Of a stretch of DNA of 64,000 nucleotides, positions 9,001 through 17,068 are shown in pieces. The stretch lies in the NCBI GenBank assembly GCA_902573585.1, contig CACGKH010000001.1, positions 8,228-72,227 of the forward strand, written 5' to 3'. Both the position numbers and the translations under genes were made by a program. The DNA is from an uncultured Pelagibacteraceae bacterium. GTDB lineage: Bacteria; Pseudomonadota; Alphaproteobacteria; Pelagibacterales; Pelagibacteraceae. Positions within the stretch are counted from its first letter, which is position 1, and every line of letters starts with the position of its first letter. A model generated the notes under the pieces. It was not told the DNA's origin. It saw nothing but the letters and a program-made list of their open reading frames with translations, and made no database searches.

Positions 9001-11397
9001 TTAGGCAACCATACTTTCTGCTTTTTGTAAGTCAACCGCTACTAATTGGCTAACACCTTTTTCGGGCATAGTGACACCATAAAGTCTATTCATCTTCGAC
9101 ATTGTTAAAGCATGATGGGTAACAATTATAAACTTAGTATTTGTAATTTTTGTTAGTTCCTCAAGTAAGTTACAAAATCTAGTAACATTAGCATCATCTA
9201 AAGGAGCATCAACTTCATCAAGTACACAAATTGGAGATGGGTTTGTTAAAAATACTGCAAAAATTAAAGACAATGCAGTTAAAGCTTGCTCACCTCCTGA
9301 TAATAAAGTTATAGACTGGAGTCTTTTACCTGGAGGGCTCACTAACATTTCTAAACCTGCTTCAAGAGGATCATCAGAGTCTACCAGTTCTAGTTTTGCG
9401 TTTCCTCCATTAAATAATTTTGTATAAACTTCATTAAATTTTCTATTAACTTTTTCAAAAGCATTTATTAATCTTTCTCTACCTTTTTGGTTTAGCTCAT
9501 TTATACTATCTTTCAATTTAATTATAGCTGAAACTAAATCTGCTCGATCTTGTTCCATTTTTTTAATTTCTGTTTCATATTTATTCGTTTCTTCATCAGC
9601 CTTTAAATTTACTGAACCTAATTTTTCTCTTTCTTGTTTTTTCTTATCAAGTAAATCTTCTTGATTTACTGCATCTGTAAGTTCTTCTTTTCCAAAAAGA
9701 TTAGAATTTTCTAAAATATTTTCTTCTGTCAAATTAAGCTCTGAACTTATTCTATCTACTAAATCATTTTTTCTTTTTTTAAGTCCTTCAATAGTTGCAC
9801 CTGAACTAGCTTTTCTTTCTCTAATTTGAATTGATTGTTCTTGAATTTCATTTAATTGATTTCTTAGAGTTTCTATTTTTTCATCAGTTGAATTTATGAT
9901 AGTTTCATTTTCTAACTTTTCTTGTTCAGAAATTCTAAGACCCTCAGAAATTTGACCTTTTTTTTCAGCTTGTATTTTTGGTTGATTATCCAATTTTTCT
10001 AATTGTAAGTTCAATTTATTTTTTCTATCACTAAGTTCAGTGACCATTTTTTCAGAGTTGGATAATAAATTTTTCCAGCTTTCTATTTCTTTATCGATAA
10101 TATTTATTCTTTCATTTCTTTTAATAGACTCTTTTTTAATATTTTGGTTTTTACTGTAACTATCAGCATACTCTTCAATAATTATTTTACAGTTTTCAAG
10201 AGCAGTGATGGCATCTTCATTTTTATGTAAATTAATTAGCTCTTTAACTTTATTAATTTCTAACTTTAGCTTATTTTTGGAACTATCTAAATCTTCATTA
10301 GATTGTTTTTCAGTTTCATAATATTTTGAATCAATTTCAATAAGTTCATTTTTTTCCTCTTTAAGTCTTTTTTCATTTGAATTAGCATCAATAACAATCC
10401 CTTTTTCTCTACTGATATCATCGTCAAATGTTTGAAGAGATCTTTTAATATTTTTTATCTCGTCTTGAATTCTGGTATTTTCTTCGTCTAATCCTTGAAG
10501 TTCTAAATTGAGCCTTTGTATTTTTGATAGATTTTCAATATTTTTTTCCCTTAACGGTGTTACCTTGTCTGTTTCAGATTTAATTAAAGTTTCCAGTTCA
10601 GAAATCTTTTCATTAAAGCCACTTACTTCTCCTTCAGCCTCACTATTAATTTCATTTTCAACCCTGATTTCCTTATCTATTTCTAATAATTTTAAATAAT
10701 ACAAACCAGCCTCTATTTTTTTTATTTCATCAGATATATTTTTATATTTTGTTGCCTCCTCAGCTTGCTTCTGTAAGTTAGCTAATTGTTTCTCTTGTTG
10801 TCTTCTCAATTCATCTGCTCTTTTTAGATTGTTTTCTGCAGCGCTTAATCTTAATTCAGCTTCATGTCTTCTTACATGTAACCCTGATATACCTGCAGCT
10901 TCTTCTAAAATTGTTCGCCTATCAGTTGGTTTTGCTGTAACTAGTGCACCAATACGGCCTTGGCTAATCATAGATGGTGAATGAGCACCAGTTGATAAAT
11001 CTGCAAAAAACATTTGAGCATCTCTAGCTCTTACTTCTTTGTCATTTATATAAAACTTAGAACCTTTATCTTTTTCTATTTTTCTTCTTACATTTACCTC
11101 GTCAAGTTCCCTATATTGAATAGGACCTTCATTATTTTCATTCGCAACTGTAACCAATACTTCTGCAATATTTTTAGATGTTTTATTAGAAGTGCCTGAA
11201 AATATAACGTCTTCCATTCCAGACCCTCTCATACTTTTAGCTGATGTCTCTCCCATAACCCATCTTATAGACTCAACGATATTTGATTTTCCACAACCAT
11301 TGGGTCCAACAATTCCAGTCAAACCATCTTCAATTAAGAAATTGGTTTTATCAGCAAATGATTTAAATCCATTTAGTTGGATTTTTTTAAACTCCAT
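9001..11397 (-). CDS. smc: Chromosome segregation SMC-family ATPase, short form with no recognisable hinge
   Basis: GFKSF, Walker A GPNGCGKSN, Q-loop SQG, signature LSGGE, Walker B/D-loop LDEVDAPLD and VTH; coiled coil between the two heads. Confidence 0.92.
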   Translation of the reverse strand: MEFKKIQLNGFKSFADKTNFLIEDGLTGIVGPNGCGKSNIVESIRWVMGETSAKSMRGSGMEDVIFSGTSNKTSKNIAEVLVTVANENNEGPIQYRELDEVNVRRKIEKDKGSKFYINDKEVRARDAQMFFADLSTGAHSPSMISQGRIGALVTAKPTDRRTILEEAAGISGLHVRRHEAELRLSAAENNLKRADELRRQQEKQLANLQKQAEEATKYKNISDEIKKIEAGLYYLKLLEIDKEIRVENEINSEAEGEVSGFNEKISELETLIKSETDKVTPLREKNIENLSKIQRLNLELQGLDEENTRIQDEIKNIKRSLQTFDDDISREKGIVIDANSNEKRLKEEKNELIEIDSKYYETEKQSNEDLDSSKNKLKLEINKVKELINLHKNEDAITALENCKIIIEEYADSYSKNQNIKKESIKRNERINIIDKEIESWKNLLSNSEKMVTELSDRKNKLNLQLEKLDNQPKIQAEKKGQISEGLRISEQEKLENETIINSTDEKIETLRNQLNEIQEQSIQIRERKASSGATIEGLKKRKNDLVDRISSELNLTEENILENSNLFGKEELTDAVNQEDLLDKKKQEREKLGSVNLKADEETNKYETEIKKMEQDRADLVSAIIKLKDSINELNQKGRERLINAFEKVNRKFNEVYTKLFNGGNAKLELVDSDDPLEAGLEMLVSPPGKRLQSITLLSGGEQALTALSLIFAVFLTNPSPICVLDEVDAPLDDANVTRFCNLLEELTKITNTKFIIVTHHALTMSKMNRLYGVTMPEKGVSQLVAVDLQKAESMVA

Positions 11398-11405
11398 AGT
11401 TTAAC

Positions 11406-11981
11406 TTATATCAGTTTTTCAAGAGATTTTTTTAAATTTTTGTAATTTAGAGATTTTTCAAACTTTTTATCATTAATTATTATCGTAGGAGTAGCATTTA
11501 TTTTAAATTTTTTTGCTCCTTCGATTCGATCATTTAAAACAAAATCTTCTATTATCTTATTATTTATACATTTTTCAAAATCTACTTCGAAGCCTTCTTT
11601 TTTAAGGAACTTCTTTAAATTGTTATTGATATCATCTATGGTGCTTCCTTTAACCCATGCCTGTTGATTTGAATATAGACTTTCTAAAATTTTTAAACTT
11701 TCATCTTTATTACATTGAGCGATTTTTGAAGCATTTAAAGCAGCAATATCTAGGGGAAAATGTCTAAACTCAATTTTAGCCAAACCAGTATCTATATATT
11801 CTTTTTTAAGCCGGGGATAAACTTCTTTATGAAAATTAGCACAATGGCTACAAGTTAAGGACTCATAAGCAATAATTGTAATCTTAGCATTTTCATTTCC
11901 TGATATTATCCTTTTAGTTTCAGCGCTAACGCTGTTCATAGAAATTATAAAGAATAATAAAATAATGATTTTTTTTTTCAT
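11406..11981 (-). CDS. DsbA-family periplasmic thioredoxin-fold protein
   Basis: Signal peptide, CSHC active site, cis-Pro motif ATPT. Confidence 0.9.
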   Translation of the reverse strand: MKKKIIILLFFIISMNSVSAETKRIISGNENAKITIIAYESLTCSHCANFHKEVYPRLKKEYIDTGLAKIEFRHFPLDIAALNASKIAQCNKDESLKILESLYSNQQAWVKGSTIDDINNNLKKFLKKEGFEVDFEKCINNKIIEDFVLNDRIEGAKKFKINATPTIIINDKKFEKSLNYKNLKKSLEKLI

Positions 11982-12466
11982 TTAAGTTTAAATACTTTAG
12001 TTAGTTCAATTAAAGATTTTTTAATTTTTTCATTTTTAACATCATTTACTTTTTTTTGATATTTATTATTTGTCACATTTTTCTGATAGCCATCTTCTTT
12101 AGATAAATTTTTTTTTTCATCATCAAAACTGGTAAACTTTATTTTTTTGACCACTAAATACCCAAAAAAATTATTCATTCTATCGATTATTTCTTTTTTT
12201 GAATACTCTAAATCAACTTCGTGACCTCTTTTAACCATTACCATTAAAGTACTTTCACTAAATTTATTTGAATTTTTAAATGATTTTGGGTAACAAACTT
12301 TGAATAAATTTTCACCTACAATATATTTCCAATTATTAAGAGTTTCAGAATAAATATGACCTTTTCTGTTAATAACCTTTTTAATATTTTTTGGCAAAGT
12401 GTCTTTAAAAGATCTTAATCCTTGAATGCTATTGGTTCTCTGCTTAGTATATTTTTTATATTGCAT
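11978..12466 (-). CDS. DUF721 / DciA-like protein
   Basis: W--IVG---...CYP and I--RMN-FFG pattern; typical position between mutY and dsbA. Likely start is MQYKK at 12466. Confidence 0.75.
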   Translation of the reverse strand: MQYKKYTKQRTNSIQGLRSFKDTLPKNIKKVINRKGHIYSETLNNWKYIVGENLFKVCYPKSFKNSNKFSESTLMVMVKRGHEVDLEYSKKEIIDRMNNFFGYLVVKKIKFTSFDDEKKNLSKEDGYQKNVTNNKYQKKVNDVKNEKIKKSLIELTKVFKLK

Positions 12467-13447
12467 ATGAAAGAACAACTTGTAACAAAAAAAATTCTTA
12501 AATGGTATGATTTAAATAAAAGGTCATTACCATGGCGAAAAAATGTTTCTATTCAAAAAAGACAGTATTACACGTTAGTTAGTGAATTTATGTTACAACA
12601 AACGCAAGTTGCAACTGTAATCCCATATTTTAATAGGTTCATAAATCTTATTCCTAACCTTAAATCACTGGCTAAAGTCAAGGATAAAAAATTAATTAAA
12701 CTTTGGGAGGGACTTGGATACTACTCTAGAGCAAGAAATTTAAAAAAAACTGCACAGATTATTTTCAAAAACTTTAAAGGAAAGTTACCAGATAATTTTG
12801 AGGATTTAATATCGTTACCTGGAATAGGAAATTATACTGCAAGTGCTATTTTATCCATAGCCTTTAACAAGCCCTATATTCCATTGGATGGGAACATAGA
12901 AAGAGTTTTAAAACGATATTTATATCTAAAAAAAGAAAAGGATATTAAAAAAGAAAACCTTATTAAAAAAAAATCTATATTTGGAACATCATCAAGATCT
13001 AGTGATTATGCTCAAGCGCTGATGGAATTAGGAGCATTAGTTTGTAAACCTACTAATCCATTGTGTCATCAATGCCCTATATCCAATAAATGCAAGTCAT
13101 TACAAAAGAAGGATTTTGATTTAACAAAAATTACTAAAAAAAGTATAGACAAATATTTTCTTTTAAAGGTTTACAAAAGAGATCAAAGATATTTGTTAAT
13201 TAAAAACACTAAGTTTAATTTTTTAAAAAATTTATCAATCTTTCCTATGGAAGAACTATCTAAACCTAAAAATTTTAATGAAAACTTAAATTTTAAATTA
13301 TCTAATATAAAAATGAATATTAAAATTCAATATTTTAAAAATAGTGGGAGGTATCAAGCATCTTATTGGATTGATAAAAAAAAATTAGATAATTACATGT
13401 TGCCATCATTTACTAAAAAAATTGTAAAATATTTGGAAAGAAATTGA
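12467..13447 (+). CDS. mutY: A/G-specific adenine glycosylase
   Basis: LPWR, SEFMLQQTQV, WEGLGYYSRARN, HhH motif LPGIG and Fe-S motif C-X6-C-X2-C-X5-C. Likely ATG at 12467. Confidence 0.96.
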   Translation: MKEQLVTKKILKWYDLNKRSLPWRKNVSIQKRQYYTLVSEFMLQQTQVATVIPYFNRFINLIPNLKSLAKVKDKKLIKLWEGLGYYSRARNLKKTAQIIFKNFKGKLPDNFEDLISLPGIGNYTASAILSIAFNKPYIPLDGNIERVLKRYLYLKKEKDIKKENLIKKKSIFGTSSRSSDYAQALMELGALVCKPTNPLCHQCPISNKCKSLQKKDFDLTKITKKSIDKYFLLKVYKRDQRYLLIKNTKFNFLKNLSIFPMEELSKPKNFNENLNFKLSNIKMNIKIQYFKNSGRYQASYWIDKKKLDNYMLPSFTKKIVKYLERN

Positions 13448-14592
13448 TGAAGAAAGTAGCTATCATTGGAGCTGGAATTTCGGGATTATTCATTGCAAAT
13501 TTATTCAAAAAAAATTCTAATTATCAAATTACTATATATGAAAAAAATACTTCAATCGCTTTAGAGGAAGGATATGGTGTTCAACTATCTGTAAATAGTA
13601 TTAAACTTTTAAATGAAATTGGATTTAAAAAATTACAAAAAAATGAAAAGTTCACTCCAAAAAAAATTAATTTTTATTCTAGTAATAGTTTAAATAAGAT
13701 ATGTGAATTAGATATTGAAAACTTTAATACAGAGGATTGTAAGTATACCACTTTAAAAAGATCTACTTTGATTAGCTTTTTAAAAAAGGATTTGGAGAAC
13801 CTAATAAAAACTGGTTATAAAATTTCAAAAATAGATGAGCATGACAAACAGATTAAACTTTCTTTTGAAAACGATGAAACAAAAAAATTTGATTATTTGA
13901 TTATTTCAGATGGAGTTTTTTCAAAAAGTAAAAGCCTTATTACTAATAACAAAGTTAAACCTATATATAATAATACATTAGCAATTAGAGGGGTCTTAAG
14001 CAAATTTCCTGAAAACATTGATAATGAAAATATCTCTTTATTTTTAGATTCAGATTTTCATCATGTGATTTATCCATTAAATCCAAATGGTGATTTAAAT
14101 TTTATAGCTATAATAAAATATCATTTGTCTGATGAAGAGCAAAAAAATTACTCATTATTTAGTGATAATTCTTTTAAAAAAAAAGTTTTAGAAAAAATTC
14201 CCTTAAAAAATAAAAATTTTTTATATGATCTTAAAGATTTAAAAATATTTCCAGTGTTTGTCAGTGACTCATTCTATCAATTACAAAATAAAAATATTCA
14301 TTTGATTGGTGACGCCTTTTTTGCTTTTCCACCATCATTTGCTCAAGGTGCTTCGCAGTCAATAGAAGGTGCTTATGAATTATTTAAGAATATTGAAGGC
14401 AATACAGAAAGTAATTATTTTAAGAGTAGAGTTAACAAAACAAAAATGGTTAATATAAGATCAAAATTTAATCAGTTTGCTTTCCATTTATCCAATCCTT
14501 TGACTGCATTTGTTAGAAACATCTTTTTGAAAAGATTAGTGAAAAATAAAAAATTTTTAGATGCTTACTTGGGAAAAATTTATAAAAATTAG
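13444..14592 (+). CDS. FAD-dependent monooxygenase (salicylate hydroxylase-like)
   Basis: GAGISG, DG and LIGDA...P--AQGASQSIE fingerprints. Confidence 0.85.
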   Translation: MMKKVAIIGAGISGLFIANLFKKNSNYQITIYEKNTSIALEEGYGVQLSVNSIKLLNEIGFKKLQKNEKFTPKKINFYSSNSLNKICELDIENFNTEDCKYTTLKRSTLISFLKKDLENLIKTGYKISKIDEHDKQIKLSFENDETKKFDYLIISDGVFSKSKSLITNNKVKPIYNNTLAIRGVLSKFPENIDNENISLFLDSDFHHVIYPLNPNGDLNFIAIIKYHLSDEEQKNYSLFSDNSFKKKVLEKIPLKNKNFLYDLKDLKIFPVFVSDSFYQLQNKNIHLIGDAFFAFPPSFAQGASQSIEGAYELFKNIEGNTESNYFKSRVNKTKMVNIRSKFNQFAFHLSNPLTAFVRNIFLKRLVKNKKFLDAYLGKIYKN

Positions 14593-15659
14593 CTATTATT
14601 AATTAATCGTTGTCTTAAATGATCAATTGGTACTACTGAACCATTCAGATTATAGTGCCAATAGGTCCATCCATTGCAGCTTTCAGCTCCAAGTATTGTG
14701 GCTGCCACTTTATGAATTGAGCCTTCAGTTTGATCATGTTTTATGCTGCCATCAGCCATGATTTTTGCACTAATTTTCTTTTTGTTATCAAAAATAGTTG
14801 TTCCAGGTTTTATGATTCCTAGCTCCACCAATGAACCAAAAGGTATTCTCGGTTTTGATCTATTATTTTCAAGAGTGTCTAAGTAATCGTCTTCTATAAC
14901 CTTTGTATTTTTTAATCTTTGTTCAGCTGCTTTGAAATAAGCTTTTTCTTTCTCTATACCATAATAATTTCTCCCTAATTTCTTAGCAACTGTAGCTGTT
15001 GTTCCAGATCCTAAAAAAGGGTCTAAAACTAAATCATTTTTATTAGAAGTTGCTAATAAAATTCTATGAAGTAAAGCTTCAGGTTTTTGGGTAGAGTGAA
15101 CTTTTTTACCATTTCTTTTTAATCTTTCAGCTCCATTGCAAATAGGTAAATCCCAATTAGATCTCATTTGAAGATCGTCGTTTAAGCATTTTAAAGACTG
15201 ATAATTAAATGTATATCTCGATTTTTCTGATTTTGACGCCCAAATTAAAGTCTCATGTGCATTAGTGAAACGAGTCCCTCTGAAGTTTGGCATTGGATTT
15301 TTTTTATTCCATATTACATCATTTAAAATCCAAAAGCCTAAATTCTGAATTGCAGTACCAACTCTAAAAATATTGTGGTAACTACCAATTACCCAAATTG
15401 CTCCATCTTTTTTTAAAATTCTTTTACATTCATTTAACCATGCATAAGTAAAATCGTCATATTTTTTAAAACTTTCAAACTGATCCCACTTATCATTTAC
15501 CGCACTAACTTTAGATCTATCTGGTCTAGTTAATTCACTTTTTAATTGAAGGTTATAAGGTGGATCTGCAAAAATTAGATTAAAAGATTCACTGGGAATT
15601 TTTTTTAATTCCTTCAGGCTATCTCCATTAATAAGTTTATTTTTTATAGCAAAAGTCAT
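14589..15659 (-). CDS. ccrM: Cell-cycle-regulated DNA adenine methyltransferase (GANTC)
   Basis: FADPPYNLQL, NPMPNFRGTRFTNAHETLIW, HSTQKP and DPFLGSGTT; C-terminal GSIH...CNGWTYW domain; follows rnhB as in other alphaproteobacteria. Confidence 0.95.
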   Translation of the reverse strand: MTFAIKNKLINGDSLKELKKIPSESFNLIFADPPYNLQLKSELTRPDRSKVSAVNDKWDQFESFKKYDDFTYAWLNECKRILKKDGAIWVIGSYHNIFRVGTAIQNLGFWILNDVIWNKKNPMPNFRGTRFTNAHETLIWASKSEKSRYTFNYQSLKCLNDDLQMRSNWDLPICNGAERLKRNGKKVHSTQKPEALLHRILLATSNKNDLVLDPFLGSGTTATVAKKLGRNYYGIEKEKAYFKAAEQRLKNTKVIEDDYLDTLENNRSKPRIPFGSLVELGIIKPGTTIFDNKKKISAKIMADGSIKHDQTEGSIHKVAATILGAESCNGWTYWHYNLNGSVVPIDHLRQRLINNS

Positions 15660-15675
15660 TTGTAAAAAATAATTA

Positions 15676-15691
15676 GACTCTAAAAAGATTC
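15676..15691. promoter_or_regulatory. Pair of GANTC (CcrM) sites upstream of ccrM
   Basis: GACTC at 15676-15680 and GATTC at 15687-15691, 17-32 bp before the ccrM ATG. Confidence 0.6.
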
Positions 15692-15777
15692 TTGGGTCAA
15701 CCTAGGATTGAATTATTTAGATTGTAATTGTGTAATAATTTTTGGAGGTAACTAGATGTTGTGTTTCTACGTGAAAC

Positions 15778-16338
15778 CTATTTTATTTTATTAATTGGTG
15801 AAAAAGTTTTTCGGTGTTGTTTGGTAATTCCTAAATTTTTTATAGCTTTTAAGTGTTGTTTTGTTCCGTAACCACAATTTTGATCCCAATAATAACCTTT
15901 AAATTTTTTTCCTAAATTAGTTATCATTTTATCACGTGCAACTTTAGCAATAATTGAAGCTGCTGAAATTGATGGTATCTTTTGATCACCTTTAATAACT
16001 GATTTAAGACTATAGTTCTTTATTTCAGGTAGTTTGTTTCCATCAACTAAAACTAGGGAAGGTTTTTTTTTTAGTTTTTTAATGGCTCTTTTCATAGCCA
16101 ATAAGCTTGCATTAAGAATATTAATTTTTTCAATTTCTTTAATGGATGCTTTGCCTGTTGCCCATATAGAATTTTTTTTGATATATTTTGACAAAAATTC
16201 TCTTTTAGTTTTTGTTATTTTTTTTGAATCTTTTAATAATTTTTTATTTATTGATTTATTAAGGATTACTGCAGCCGCATAAACTGGACCAATTAAGCTT
16301 CCTCTGCCAACTTCGTCAACACCTGCTATAATTTTCAT
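15778..16338 (-). CDS. rnhB: Ribonuclease HII
   Basis: GVDEVGRG, DSKK, LVDGN and SISAASIIAKV motifs. Confidence 0.96.
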   Translation of the reverse strand: MKIIAGVDEVGRGSLIGPVYAAAVILNKSINKKLLKDSKKITKTKREFLSKYIKKNSIWATGKASIKEIEKINILNASLLAMKRAIKKLKKKPSLVLVDGNKLPEIKNYSLKSVIKGDQKIPSISAASIIAKVARDKMITNLGKKFKGYYWDQNCGYGTKQHLKAIKNLGITKQHRKTFSPINKIK

Positions 16339-17057
16339 TATATCTTAATATTTAAATCAAGTATTTTTTGTTTAATTTTTTTTAGGTCTTCCCATGAGTA
16401 TTTTTTATTCTCTGGAAACCTAATTAAATAAGAGGGACTAAAGGTTATAATAAGTGGATAGGTTATATTCTTTAATATAATTTCTTTCCATTTACCTCGC
16501 TCTCCAGAAATCCTATTATTCAATCCTGTAACAGACTCCATTGCAGTACTTCCCATCAAAATAACAATTTTAGGATTAATAATAGAAATATGTTCTTTCA
16601 AAAATATTGAGTAACGTTTTATCTCTTGAGCAGTTGGCTTTCTGTCCTCAGGGGGTCTAAAGTTAATTGAGTAAGTAGAATATACTTTTTCAATTTTAAT
16701 GTTAATTGCTGACAACATCTTTTTAAGCAACGAACCAATTTCACCTTGATATGAATGGCCAGTACTTTCCTCGGCTTCTCCAGGTGTCTCTCCAATTAAC
16801 ATTATAGAGCTATTAATGTCACCATCACCAAGTACAAGGTTTAAAGAGTTTTTTTTTAAATTACAATTTTCAATTGAATTAATTTTTTCTCTAAGATTTT
16901 TTAGAAGCCCAAACTTATCTTGATTGCTGTTTTCTTTGTTGTTCTTGAATACTTTCATTCTATTAATAGGCTCTTTACTAAAATTAAAGTCGGGTTCAAT
17001 AGCATTAATCAATTCTTGAACATATTTAGCGTTTTGATTTAAAACCTTTTTAGTCAT
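16338..17057 (-). CDS. Uracil-DNA glycosylase family 4 homolog with a divergent active site
   Basis: IGETPG (motif A), FRPP--R-P, INPKIVILMG and TFSPSYLIR (motif B-like). Confidence 0.8.
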   Translation of the reverse strand: MTKKVLNQNAKYVQELINAIEPDFNFSKEPINRMKVFKNNKENSNQDKFGLLKNLREKINSIENCNLKKNSLNLVLGDGDINSSIMLIGETPGEAEESTGHSYQGEIGSLLKKMLSAINIKIEKVYSTYSINFRPPEDRKPTAQEIKRYSIFLKEHISIINPKIVILMGSTAMESVTGLNNRISGERGKWKEIILKNITYPLIITFSPSYLIRFPENKKYSWEDLKKIKQKILDLNIKI

Positions 17058-17068
17058 AAAGTATAATT

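Noticed and set aside
14589-15659. Methyltransferase as part of a restriction-modification defence system
   Set aside because: Its sequence and rnhB context match the orphan CcrM, and no endonuclease gene is adjacent.
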